From Azolla caroliniana (Eukaryota; Plantae; Polypodiophyta), in the NCBI GenBank assembly GCA_043228905.1, contig JBHGNT010000008.1:18848001-18912000 (forward strand): a stretch of DNA of 64,000 nt, in the 5' to 3' direction. The translations under genes and the position numbers were made by a program. Under the pieces are notes generated by a model that ran no database searches, had not been told where the DNA came from, and saw only the letters and a program-made list of their open reading frames with translations. Shown piece by piece: positions 26,855 to 37,877 of this stretch. Positions within the stretch are counted from its first letter, which is position 1, and every line of letters begins with the position of its first letter.

Positions 26855-27274
26855 TAACAATCGGCAACGGTTCGGTTTGAACCAAACTGAACCACAAAAT
26901 CGCAACTTAACGGTTTAAACGGTTCGTTTTGCTTCAATTCAGGTTCAAGCTTTTTTAAACAGTTTGCTTCGCTTCAATTCAGGTTCACATTTTTTTAAAC
27001 AATTCGCTTTCGGTTCAGTTTTCACGGTTTGATGGTGTTTTAATATTTTAACATTTTTTTTATTTTTTTTATTTTTACACCAGCCTTTTCATTTTTAAGC
27101 CTAACTCTCACATGATACATCTTAGGAAAAATCTTTAAAATTTTGAATTTTGAAATTTTGAAATTTGACCTAAGTTGAAAACCGAAACTGAACCACGAAA
27201 CCACGGTTTTTGCGGTTTAATGGTTCAACGGTTTGGATTTTTACATAACCGAACCGAACTATTGCCGATTGTTA
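26855..27274. mobile_element. Non-autonomous hAT DNA transposon (MITE), 420 bp
   Basis: 13-bp TIR TAACAATCGGCAA / TTGCCGATTGTTA. Perfect 8-bp TSD TTTTGGAC (26847-26854, 27275-27282). Subterminal AACCG/CGGTT repeats. Confidence 0.92.
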
Positions 27275-27990
27275 TTTTGGACTACCAATAGCACACAAGA
27301 AAGTGAATAGTAATTTATTGTCATATTTGGGGAGCCAAAAAGACCCTTGGACCTAGTAAATTCTACCCTCCTCAACATATAAGGTAGTGCTTGACTACCT
27401 CTAGTAGGGACAAGTTGCTTGCATTGTTCCCAAAGCACGAGGAGAACTCAATTACATGACGTACAAAACTCAATTTGTTGGCCAAGATCAAGGGACAAAT
27501 AAGTTCAACTTAGTTTTATATCAAGATTTCCATCGTGGCACATGGTTATAACTCTCAATGCAAGTAATTACGAGGTTTCAACAACTTTCAAATGCATAAT
27601 ATTTCTCAAATTTACAAAGGAACATGGAACTCAAAAGCCCTAAAAGGTACGACTTCATTGTCCTTGTTTGCATTTCAAATATGACATTAACTTGTTTTTT
27701 TTTCACATTTCAAACATGGATCTCAAAAGCTTTAAAAGATGCCACTTCATGGCAAGAGGATGATAAGTGATAAAAATGTAAATCATGGTATAGGCTCCCA
27801 ACTAAGACTAGGTATGAAATAATGACGGTGTTGACATCCACGACACATCTATTGGCCCATAACATCCAGAAGATGCGAGAATTTCTACAACAGATGCTAT
27901 GTAAAGAAGAATGGAATTATCCAAGATCTTTACAAAGGGTTTCGCAATGTACGTTTGAAGCACAAATTACCCATAATACAAGGTGGTGTT

Positions 27991-28708
27991 TGAATACCTC
28001 TGGTAGGTACCAAAGTTTTGATAACGATCTATTATTGCCGTTTTGGGGGCCAAAATGACCCCACACAGAGCTAGTCGTGCTCGACCCTATCCCATCATAT
28101 TAGGTAGTCTTCCAACTGCCTCAAACAGGTAACTGGGATTACGAGAAATATGTTCTCATACCCACAATATTGATTACCTTAGATAGGTACCATAGTTTTG
28201 ATAATGATTTATTATCGCCGTTCGGGGGGCCAAAATGACCCCATGTAGAGCTAGCCATGCCTGACCCAGTCCCATCTTATAAGGCAATGTTTCAATTGTC
28301 TCAAATAGGTAATTTGGAGTACGAGAAACAAGTTCGCATGCCCACAAGATTGACTACCTCATGTAGGTACCATAGTTTTGATAATGATCTATTATCATCA
28401 TTGGGGGGCCAAAACGATCCCATGCATGACTAGTTGTGCCCGAGTGTCCCATCATATAAGGTAGTGTTCCAACTGTCTCGAACAAGTACTTTGGAGGATG
28501 AGAAACAAGTTCTCATGCCCACAAGATTAACTACCTCGGGTAGGTACTAGAGTTTTGATAGCGATCTATTATCGTCGTTCGGGGGCCAAATTGACCCCAT
28601 GCAGAGCTAGTCATGCCCAACCTTGTCCCATCATATAAGGCATTATTCCAACTGTCTCAAACATGTAGGTAACCGGGAGTACGGAAAACAAGTTCTCATG
28701 CCCACAAC
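27991..28708 (+). repeat. Tandem array of four ~180-bp units
   Basis: TAGGTAC..AGTTTTGATA..GAT.TATTAT...GGGGGCCAAA recurs at ~28004, 28184, 28364 and 28541. Degenerate units also occur at ~26750-26850 and ~27300-27420. Confidence 0.92.
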
Positions 28709-31700
28709 AGTGAGTTGGCCAGAGGTAGCAGTTGGGATGAACGAGAAAATGGCAAGCGATTTCACACTCATTTCCAAGATGCTTTTTTAGTGAAGAAAAA
28801 TGGAGGGGTATTGTATTGGGGAATTAGTAAAAGTGAGTCCAGGGGTATCTCTGTAAATAATAAACATCGGATCTTTCGCAGAATATGAAAGAAACACATG
28901 CGCGCTCTCTGTTGTTTCAGGTATGTATGTATACTGAGACAGACACAGACACTCAGAGAGAGAGAGAGATGGAGAGAGAGAGAGAGCTCTTTTTGATCTG
29001 AACTCTTTCTCTACCGATGACGATCGACGATCCTTTCTCTTCTTCTCAATCGGCGGCGTTATTTAATTATCCGTGGATCCTAGGTAGGCTCCCTGAAGCT
29101 GTTTGTTATCGTTTCTATTATTGTTATGATTCCTAGATGGTCGTTCGTTCGTTCATGATTTCCTCATCTTCTCTTCTCATAAATTTGAATTTGTATCACA
29201 CAATGTTTAGAAATATGCAGCGGGTACGATTGACCAAAAGATTGCTTTTTCCATTTGCAAACCAAGAAAAATGCTTTCTATTTAATGTCTTGAACGTATT
29301 ATAGGCGTATGAAATTTCAATAAAATCTAGTTTTGAGGTGGCTTTATGTATTTTGATGAAAATCTAGTTTCAGGAAGGGAAGCATATAGGAGGTTGGGAT
29401 AATCATTTCTTTTTTAATCAATGAAACTACGTAGCATATAAATGATCTCCACTGAAATGCACTATACTTCCGGTTTGTTGAAATATTAGCATGCACAGAA
29501 TTCAACATATATTTACAGATTTACAATGTATATATATGATGTGTTCTTGTATTTATGCACAGTATTGTATATCATGTTCATACATGTATATGTGTAAGCA
29601 TAGTCTTTTCTTAAATGTATAAAATACATGCATGATATGTGTATATAATGTATATATATGCATGCATTCTCTCTTATATATGCATCGTATGCATGATCTG
29701 TTCTTATATCTATGCGATATATGCACACAATGTTGTATGATGTATGTGCAGCCGAATAGTTTGACTTAAGTATGCATATGAATTAGAGTTGTTTTTGTAA
29801 ATAAAAAGGATAGTTTTACATGATACAACCCTGCACAATGAGAAACAAGTCCTGACCTTTAACCAGAAAGTCCAACTATCACATAAATTTGGGTGCAATG
29901 AATATGTCACACAAACATGTGTACATGGATGCAGTATTGAACCATGTGTGTATTGCAATTCAGTACAAAATGTTACAATCAAGTAGTATATCTGTGTTGC
30001 TGTAATTGTGAACTTGAATTGTCTGTAATGTAAGCTTTTCTTATGCATAAAACATGATATATTTCCACCTAGGTGAAGACTTTCTCAGTCTTATATGTTC
30101 ACGTAAATGTGTATTTTTCAAAATACGTCATGTTACCATGTATATCTAAGTCCGTGTGTGTTTTGATACATGTTTCCAAATAATGACAATCATGTTGCCA
30201 GATTATTCTGGGTGCTACTGAGTTGTGTATATAGACTCACAAGATTTATGTGTGTCTTTATAAAAGTTTCTTGTTTGTTCCTTAGTTTGGTTCTCATTTC
30301 ATTGTTTTCTCTCTTGTAACCATGATTTTTCTCATAGGCGGATTCCTGCCTTTCATAGATGTTACTATATCTTTCCTTCTCTTTATTCTCTCTCCCGCTT
30401 TTCTCTTTTTTTAATTTTCAGTGCTAGATATTTTTTACCTCTCTTTGTCATACATAATATTGCAACCTTAGAATATATTGATCTCATATAAATGTACATT
30501 TTTTATACTTGTAACCCTGAAACAACAGTGTCTGAAACCACTTTCTGGGAGAATTACAAAGCAAAAGAGTTACACAATTGATGTGTTGATTTTTATTGTT
30601 TTTAAGAATTAGTCAATTTTTCTTTCCGCTGGCAACCAATTACTGAAGACCAGTCTTTGTGATATTTCTTAAGTAGCCAAATCCAATTGAAAGTGCATCA
30701 TGAATAGTGTTGAACACAAATTGTTCGGGAGCAAAGTGCCTTTCTGTTTCTGTCAGAAGAGAAGAGGTTCATTAATTATGCAATATAATGCTTAGGAACT
30801 ACCATTCAAAGTGTTTTTCTCAGGATATGAAAAATATGAGTGCCTGGTTGAAGTTGAATTGTGCTGAGAGATTAGAGTGCAAGGGATTCTGTTTCGAATA
30901 CATCTTCTGTTTCATTTTCCTGTTTGTTTTCAGAAACTCATATCTGAAATATTTTTCAATTTTTAGAAGTAAGTTATCCTCATCTGTAAGGTTTTAACTC
31001 AGGATGTTCATATTTTTGGGTGTATCAATTGATATGTTTATTCAGATGTTGCCAAAATGATGGCTAGTGCCTTTGAGCTTCAGTTCTTATAAGTTAAAAT
31101 CTCAAGCTGTGCTTTAAGCATGGGGTTTAGAAAAGCCCAGCCTCAACATTCCATGAATGCGATGAAGTGTGGATTCAAATTAGAGAGAATAGACCATTGA
31201 GTATTCAGCATCGTATCTTTGTAACATTTCTTTGAGAAGTCTGAATGTCGATGATTTTATGAAGGTAAATATGTGAAAGACCCCCAAGGATTTATCAGGA
31301 AGTCGAAGCTCCTGTTTTAAAGTTGAAGGTGCATTTACTAGAGAAGCTCTTTTTATGGGTCGAAGGAAGCTTTAGAAGTTCGATATTCTTCTTTTAAAAT
31401 GGAACATGCATACATAAAAGAAGCTTTTTTATGTGACAAAGGAAGCTCCAGAGGCTCCATATTCTCGTTTTAAAATATGCATACATAGGCCAAGCTCTTT
31501 TTGTTAGTTGAAAGCTTCTCCATGGGTTTGGTATTTAGTTTTCTTATAAAGCTGTGAAGCCTGCACCAGCTATCCTCATGTGTAGAACTAGGGTTTTGAC
31601 TCAAGGGTCCTAGATGAATCGATATTTGAACCATAATTGAAATGATGTAATATTGACTATTCACAGGCATTCATAAGAGTGAACTTGAGTCACGGTGGCA

Positions 31701-32998
31701 TTATCTGATATTAGGATATGGAGTATACATCTTTATGCTTAGAATACACGTTGCAGATACAGATTTCATCCTCTGTTAGATGCATCTAATGAGTTCCACT
31801 TTCAAGCATAAGCCAGTGAAAGCCAGAAACCATTGAGATGAGGGCATAGAAGTCTGTCATAACTCCAGCAAATATGGAAGTTATTCCCAACATGATTATA
31901 CCTGGAGATTATACAACTCAATGTGCTTCAATAGAGGCTCATATTAAACTTGAGGAGAATTCTCAGAAATATCCCCCCCGTTTATCTGGAATTAACTGTT
32001 AATGCCTTGCAAATTTCAAGTACATAAGAAATGGTTATCTCATTTAATTAAGCCAATTATAGTGGCATTAGACTTAAAAGGAACATTTTCTCTTCGTATT
32101 TGACAACAATTATTGTGCTATTGATGATCTAAATAGTACAACAGTGATGATCGCATTTGTGACATTTTAATCTCATATAAAAAATTAAGAGATTGAAGAC
32201 ATGTTCATCTAGAAAATAGTGCGACTGAAGACGTGTTTATCTAGAAGCGGTGTTAATCTTTAGAGGCAAGTTCAACCATTCAGGCTTGTATTACTTCCAT
32301 GAACAGCATACGAAGAAAACCCCTACTCACACAAAGGTAATAGGCATAATGTCATTATGATGCCTTAATAATCGGTCAGCCCAATTTGGAAATAATTTTG
32401 AAATTAGCATGGCTAACAATGGCCTTAATAAAAAACCAGGCCCAATTTATAAATAAATTCAGAATCAGCGTGGTGAACTTTATATTTTCTGATAAATTGG
32501 GGCTAATTTTGAAGATTCATATACCTTGTAATGTTTTATACATTCGAAAGATCAATGTGCTTTCAGATTATGTTTTTAACTTATAGAATAATTCCAAATC
32601 ATGTTGTGGAATTATGATGCGAAGAAAAACTATTCTGCAAGTTTGATTCTTCGTATCCATCAGAATTAATGAGCACTCATTAATACCCAAGACAGAAGGG
32701 TGTCTGATTTGTTGAGAGGAAGATAAAAGCACAATACATAGGCAGAATTGAACAGACCACAAGGATGACGCCTGTTTAAAACTCTCAGCTATGATCATAT
32801 ATCACTATTCAGCCTTTGTAAATACTCCTATATCAGCGTCAAACAGAATGCTTTTAATAAAGCATTATTATCTTGATCTCCTTGCATCAGGTGCTCTTTG
32901 TTTTGTGCTTAATTCTTTCCTCAACCATACAGCATTTTTCTAAGCAACAATTGTGATGGAATAAAGGCACAAAGAGATTTTGTAAGAAAAATAGGAAA

Positions 32999-33061
32999 TT
33001 ACTGATCTTTCCTGGTATTGCTGTAAGAGCAACTACATTTTGCTTGAGCTTCTGTCAATTC
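32999..33061 (-). CDS. FBH: FBH-like exon 5 (C-terminus)
   Basis: TTCAG acceptor, ELTEAQAKCSCSYSNTRKDQ-TAA. Confidence 0.9.
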   Translation of the reverse strand, partial: ELTEAQAKCSCSYSNTRKDQ

Positions 33062-35930
33062 CTGAATCAAGAAGAGTGCACTACATTAATAGTCAAAATG
33101 AAGAATATCCGTATGTTAAAACAGAAAATGATTGAAAAATTTATTAATGTATTCATGTTACTGTCTCTAGCCTTTTGCCAGAGGTATTTTGTTAGAAAGA
33201 CAAACCATTTCCTATGTGATGTGATACATGGTTTTTCTCGCTGATTATGAAACATGTGATCCCTCTGTTGTCATATACATTGTATTTTTCAGTGTCATAC
33301 CTTAACCTGATGTTGAAGGCCTTTCACATATTCAACAGCTTCATCAAGCATCTCTGCGGTATTAGTGTGCTGTTCACAAGCAACATGTAAAATGCAGAAT
33401 AAAAAACCAAGTCTTTAAAAACTCTTCTTCTAAACTGTCTGGTAAAGAACAGGTCCATGTTTACCTTGTCCATATTGGGTACAAGTTCCTGCAACTTCTT
33501 CATTCTTTCACTAATCTTAGTCCTCCGAACCTACCATTATAAAAAAACAGCAATGCATGCTTTGAGAAATGCAATGTATGTGTGTGATGATAATGCAAAT
33601 TGAACACTGTATATATATATACTTACTCGTTCAGCAATGCTCCGAGGATGAGTTGCACAACCACGCTTTGCTCTGGTTCGGCATGGTATAGAATCAGCTG
33701 ACAATCTATCTGTGAAGTAGATGCTCTCAGGGCTGGTGCTAGTCCCCAGGGTAAAGTGATTAATTAAGCCACCGTGCCCAAGAGTACTCCCTTTCTGATC
33801 ACACACAAACCAGTATGTCACTATAAATAGAAAGAACCCTAATGTTTAACAATATCAAAAACTTATTATTTCCAAATTGCAGCTACATGTACTGAGATAG
33901 AAGAATGGGAGGCTGTGGATTATGAGACCTTTTGAGTTTGAGGTCTTATACAATTGAAGTTTTTTTGTAATAGGTTGATGAGCACCCATTGATTATGGCT
34001 AGATCTGAGTCAATAATGGTTGTATGAATCGATCAGTGTCGGTTGTGGTTTGGATTATGAAAACAGTTTGTAATGGGTTGAACCCATTTAAAGGTATAAG
34101 AATCAATTGATTGTTTGAATCTGAATCATTCATAATTTTCTATCGCGTAATATATATATATATATATATAATGTGATAGAAATTTTGAATTTTTCAAATT
34201 TACATAAGGGAATTAACATATGGAACAGATGTATTCATTTGATGTTAAGCTGCCTTTGAATCAAATCCTGGCCATATGAGAGTGCATGTGAGAAATTTGA
34301 ATCCAAAATGATTAATCTATTCTAGTTATGTAGGAATTTTAAGCATGCGATCGCTAGCTCTGTTGTCTTAACGCCTGCCTGTAATCTTTATTCCTGTCTC
34401 TTCCATGGCTAATTTGGAAATCAACAGATTACTTTTGTCAAGGTTGGTCAAATGCTAGAAAGATAACACACAATTTTCTTTTGCACTTGCCTGAGAGTCA
34501 ACTAGCAGAGGTCCTGTAAAATACTTGTCTGAATCTCTGAATGTCTTTTTGTTATATGGAGCAGCAGCATTTGCCGATCCCGCCATCACATTACCAGCTT
34601 CATCCCAAGTATATCCTTCAAAATAAGGTGATGGTTCCTTCATTTGATGATGGATTCCAGAAGCAGCAACAGGAAAACGTCCTTGTCTTTCATAGCTTCC
34701 TTCATCTGATGAATTGCCTGATGAGGAGCCATCATTATTTGTCTGAGAAAGAAACCCTGCCAGAGAAGAGCTACCATGCAGCAATAGACCGGATTTAGAA
34801 GCTCCATGGATGAGCTCATGTCCGCTCTCCACATGTACAGAGCTAGGTATGGAAGGAACTCTGTTGAGAGGGAAACTTGAAGGCAAGTTACCTGAAGGAG
34901 CTACATCAATCTCGGGAATTGAATGTGTCGAGGGCAGGAAGCTTGTTGTGTTTTCTCTGTGGTCTGACATGATGTCCAGAGCTACTCTAGGGTGATGATG
35001 GTGGTCTATATGAGATGATGGGCTGCCATTAGGCTTAAAGCGAGAATGAGAATGAGAGATGGCAGAGAGCCTTGCATTTCGGTCGGTGTCAGTGTTGGTT
35101 GGTGTGCTTATACTGATGCTGGTGGACGATCCTTCCTCTCTATTGGAGAGGGGATAAGGCAGTCTATCGGAGGGCGGGAGTCCTCCTTTCGAGGACTGTA
35201 TAGAATCAGCTGTGTAAAAGAGGTCATTGTCATTGTTAAGAGGTCCTCTACTACAGATACCATTGGGTGGTCCCTCCTCCCTATTGGAGAGAGGATGGGG
35301 TGCCACTCTATGGGTGGGTGGGAATCCTCCTTTCAAGGTGTTTGTAGAGTTGGCTGGGTAGAACCTGTTGGAACCTTCTTGAGGCTGCAAGAAACTAATG
35401 GGTTGCTCTCTCACTCCTGTGATGTTAGCCCCAAGTACAGAGCCATGGTATCTAGGAGGAGCAGAGGGAGGGGAAGAGATGCCACCGTGGACATAGTTTC
35501 TTAGGGCTTGTTCAATACCCTTGGACGCAGCACTAGTAGATACGGTTTCATTATTATTGTTCATCCTAAGGGCAGATTCCGTTTGTATGTGGCTTTCACG
35601 ATGATGTGAAATTGGAAGTTTCTGCTCATGTTGGTGGTGTTGATGATGAAGGTAGAAGAGAGAAGGCATGTGAGGTGTTTCATCAGCATTAGGCCTGGTA
35701 GAGCATTGGTTTGTGAACTGGTGCAAATGATGAGGAGAAGAGGCGCCAACATCAAATGCATGTGAATTAGTAATAGTTGTGGGGGGGTGAGTAGGCAATA
35801 CATCAGAAGAAGAAGGAGAAGGAGAAGCAGCAGCAGCAGCAGCAGGGGAAGGAGAAGAAGAAGAAGAGGCAAACGAAGTACTAAATTTAGCATGCGGGCG
35901 GTGATGATCAGAAGGATGGGATTGAGCCAT
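32999..35930 (-). CDS. FBH: bHLH transcription factor, subfamily IX (FLOWERING BHLH / AKS-like, bHLH122/130 family), ~601 aa. Exons 35930-34491, 33794-33627, 33530-33465, 33369-33301, 33061-32999
   Basis: The spliced translation gives DSIPCRTRAKRGCATHPRSIAER|VRRTKISERMKKLQELVPNMDK|HTNTAEMLDEAVEYVKGLQHQVK|ELTEAQAKCSCSYSNTRKDQ*, the diagnostic FBH domain and C-terminal CxC. All introns are phase 0 with AG acceptors. The first donor is CAG/GCAAGT. The symbol is family-level only; the start codon and exon 1-2 join are less certain. Confidence 0.92.
33301..33369 (-). CDS. FBH: FBH-like exon 4 (helix 2)
   Basis: CAG acceptor, HTNTAEMLDEAVEYVKGLQHQVK, GTATGA donor. Confidence 0.95.
33465..33530 (-). 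CDS. FBH: FBH-like exon 3 (helix 1-loop)
   Basis: TAG acceptor, VRRTKISERMKKLQELVPNMDK, GTAAAC donor. Confidence 0.95.
33627..33794 (-). CDS. FBH: FBH-like exon 2 (basic region)
   Basis: CAG acceptor, KGSTLG...RAKRGCATHPRSIAER, GTAAGT donor. Confidence 0.92.
34491..35930 (-). CDS. FBH: FBH-like exon 1 (480 aa, S/H/P-rich disordered N-terminus)
   Basis: Long open frame (ORF track 34455-35948) with first ATG at 35930. Contains LLLHGSSSLAGFLSQ, resembling the family LxRxSSSPAGF motif. Confidence 0.8.
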
Positions 35931-36444
35931 GGAAAAGAAAAAGGGCAATTCCTTAAGAGTAGAGAGGAGCCTATGATTCTGCTTACACCTATTAGAGGAG
36001 GAGAGAGGGGGGGGGGGGGGGGGCAGGGGAAGGCCTACAGATGGATGGATTAGATAGGCTCAACTACTAAAATAATGTGGTAGTGGGGTGGAGAGAAGGA
36101 GCCATGGGAGCTAAGTAGCTAGCTAACTGGTGTGTAGGGAGGTGGGTGCTGGGAGAGTGAGTACTCAGGTGAGTGATAGTGATCTCTCTCACTGTCTGGT
36201 GTTTGTTTGTGTACTTTTACTCGAGAACAAGGGGTGGGGAGGGGGGGTCCTTTCAGAATGGAAGTGATTGATTTGAAGCCTTCTTCTGCATTCATGAATC
36301 TCTCAGAAGCAAACAGAGGACACAGACAGACTGAGTGAGAAAGAAAGAGAGAAAAGAGAGAAAAGAGAGTGAGAGTGGCTAGAGAGAGAATAGAGGAGGG
36401 ATAGAGAAAGTGTCTAGAGAGAAGGATAGAGAGCGTATCTCACT

Positions 36445-36475
<31 letters not shown>

Positions 36476-36628
36476 AAGGGGAGCAGAGTAGAGAGAGAGA
36501 ATAGAGAATGCGAGAGAATAGAGAAAGCGAGGGGTCTGAGAGAGAGAGAAAGAAAGAGAGAGAGAGAGCGCTCTAGAGAGAGAAGGCGAGAAAAAGACGG
36601 AGAAGGAGAGGCGGCCAAATGTGGGGGC

Positions 36629-36700
36629 GCCACGTGTCGACGACGCAGTGCCACGCTGGCGGTAGCGAGCGCCACGTGCGCATAAGACCAGCCACGTGGA
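36629..36700 (-). promoter_or_regulatory. Cluster of three ABRE/G-boxes upstream of the FBH-like gene
   Basis: CACGTG at 36631, 36673 and 36693, each reading CACGTGGC on the minus strand, directly upstream of a CT-rich 5'-UTR-like tract (36340-36600). Confidence 0.75.
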
Positions 36701-37019
36701 CTGTTTTTTTTTTTTGGGCGCGACCCCTGGGGGGGGCAGAAATAATTCCGTTATATTGATTTGTCTATTTATTTTATTTTATTTAATAAATCTAATTTCC
36801 GGGGGGGTCATCATTGTCATTTATCATTTGCTCTTTGATTCTTAGTTTTACCGCTTTTTTGTTTTATTTATGTATTTATTTTATTTTATTTTGTTCGTGG
36901 AAAACGAGGTGCCCCCTCTCACGGCGTGCTGCCACGTCAGACGCCTCGCGCTCCTCCCGTACGGAGCACCGAGCCGTGGTAAAAAAGAAAAAGAAAAATG
37001 CACACGGAAATAAAATCAC

Positions 37020-37370
37020 TAAATAATTAAATGAATAAGTAAATAAATAAAGAAACAAATGAATAAATCAATAAATAAACAAACAAATGAATAAATCAAT
37101 AAATAAACAAACAAATGAATAAATCAATAAATAAACAAACAAATGAATAAATCAATAAATAAACAAACAAATGAATAAATCAATAAACAAACAAATACAT
37201 AAATAAATAAATAAATAAATGAATAAATAAATGAATAAGTAAACAAACAAATAAACAAATAACACACAAATAAATAAATAAATAATAAACACGCAAATAA
37301 ATATGTATATAAATAATAAACTCGCAAATAAATAAATAGATTAAAAAAAAAAGTAAATAAATAAAAACAC
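37020..37370. repeat. AT-rich minisatellite (AAACAAATGAATAAATCAATAAAT-type unit and AAAT decay)
   Basis: About five near-perfect tandem units at 37053-37190. Confidence 0.9.
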
Positions 37371-37830
37371 CGACACAAGGGAATTTGGTTTGGGAAGAGG
37401 GGGCTTCAACACCAATAAATATTGAGAACCCTAAAAACTAATTAATCGCTTAATTTACAAAAATAAAAGGAAAAAATAAATAAAAGCGTCTAAATAATAC
37501 CAAAAATAAAAGGGTCTACTTTTCTGATTTGTGATTCTTTATTTAAATTGGAAGCGGAGATTTTTCTTCATCTTTATTTATTTTATTTATTTTATTTATT
37601 TTATTTTATTTGTTGGGGGGCTGCCACGTCGGCGCCAACTCAGGCCTATGAATCTTGGGGACGAGGATTAGCAGAGATGATTAGGTCATGATTTTTAGGT
37701 CAAAAGTAGAGAAGGAACTGGTTAATGAACTCTAAGCCTGAAACCCTAAACCTGGTTTAGATTTTGTTTACTGGCTGCTCAGCCCCAGCCCCAATCCACG
37801 CCAATTGCCAGTCTACCCCCACCACTTCCT

Positions 37831-37877
37831 TAACCCTAGCCCTAGCCCTAACCCTAACCCTAACCCTAAACCCTAAA
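37831..37877 (+). repeat. Short interstitial telomere-like/telo-box tract
   Basis: Mixed CCCTAG, CCCTAA and CCCTAAA units; a further AAACCCTAAA at 37741. Confidence 0.7.

Noticed and set aside
27991-28708. CRISPR-like repeat array
   Set aside because: The units are contiguous ~180-bp homologous monomers with no unique spacers, and the context is eukaryotic.
32140-32230. C/D box snoRNA (GTGATGA...CTGA)
   Set aside because: No terminal stem and no recognisable rRNA antisense element; such motifs are expected by chance in AT-rich DNA.
34455-35948. Stand-alone intronless 497-aa gene
   Set aside because: Better explained as exon 1 of the bHLH gene via the in-phase GC donor at 34491.
36379-37378. 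ORFs made of ER/SL or FIY repeats (also near 23400 and 53300)
   Set aside because: They are translations of GA/CT microsatellites and the AAAT minisatellite.
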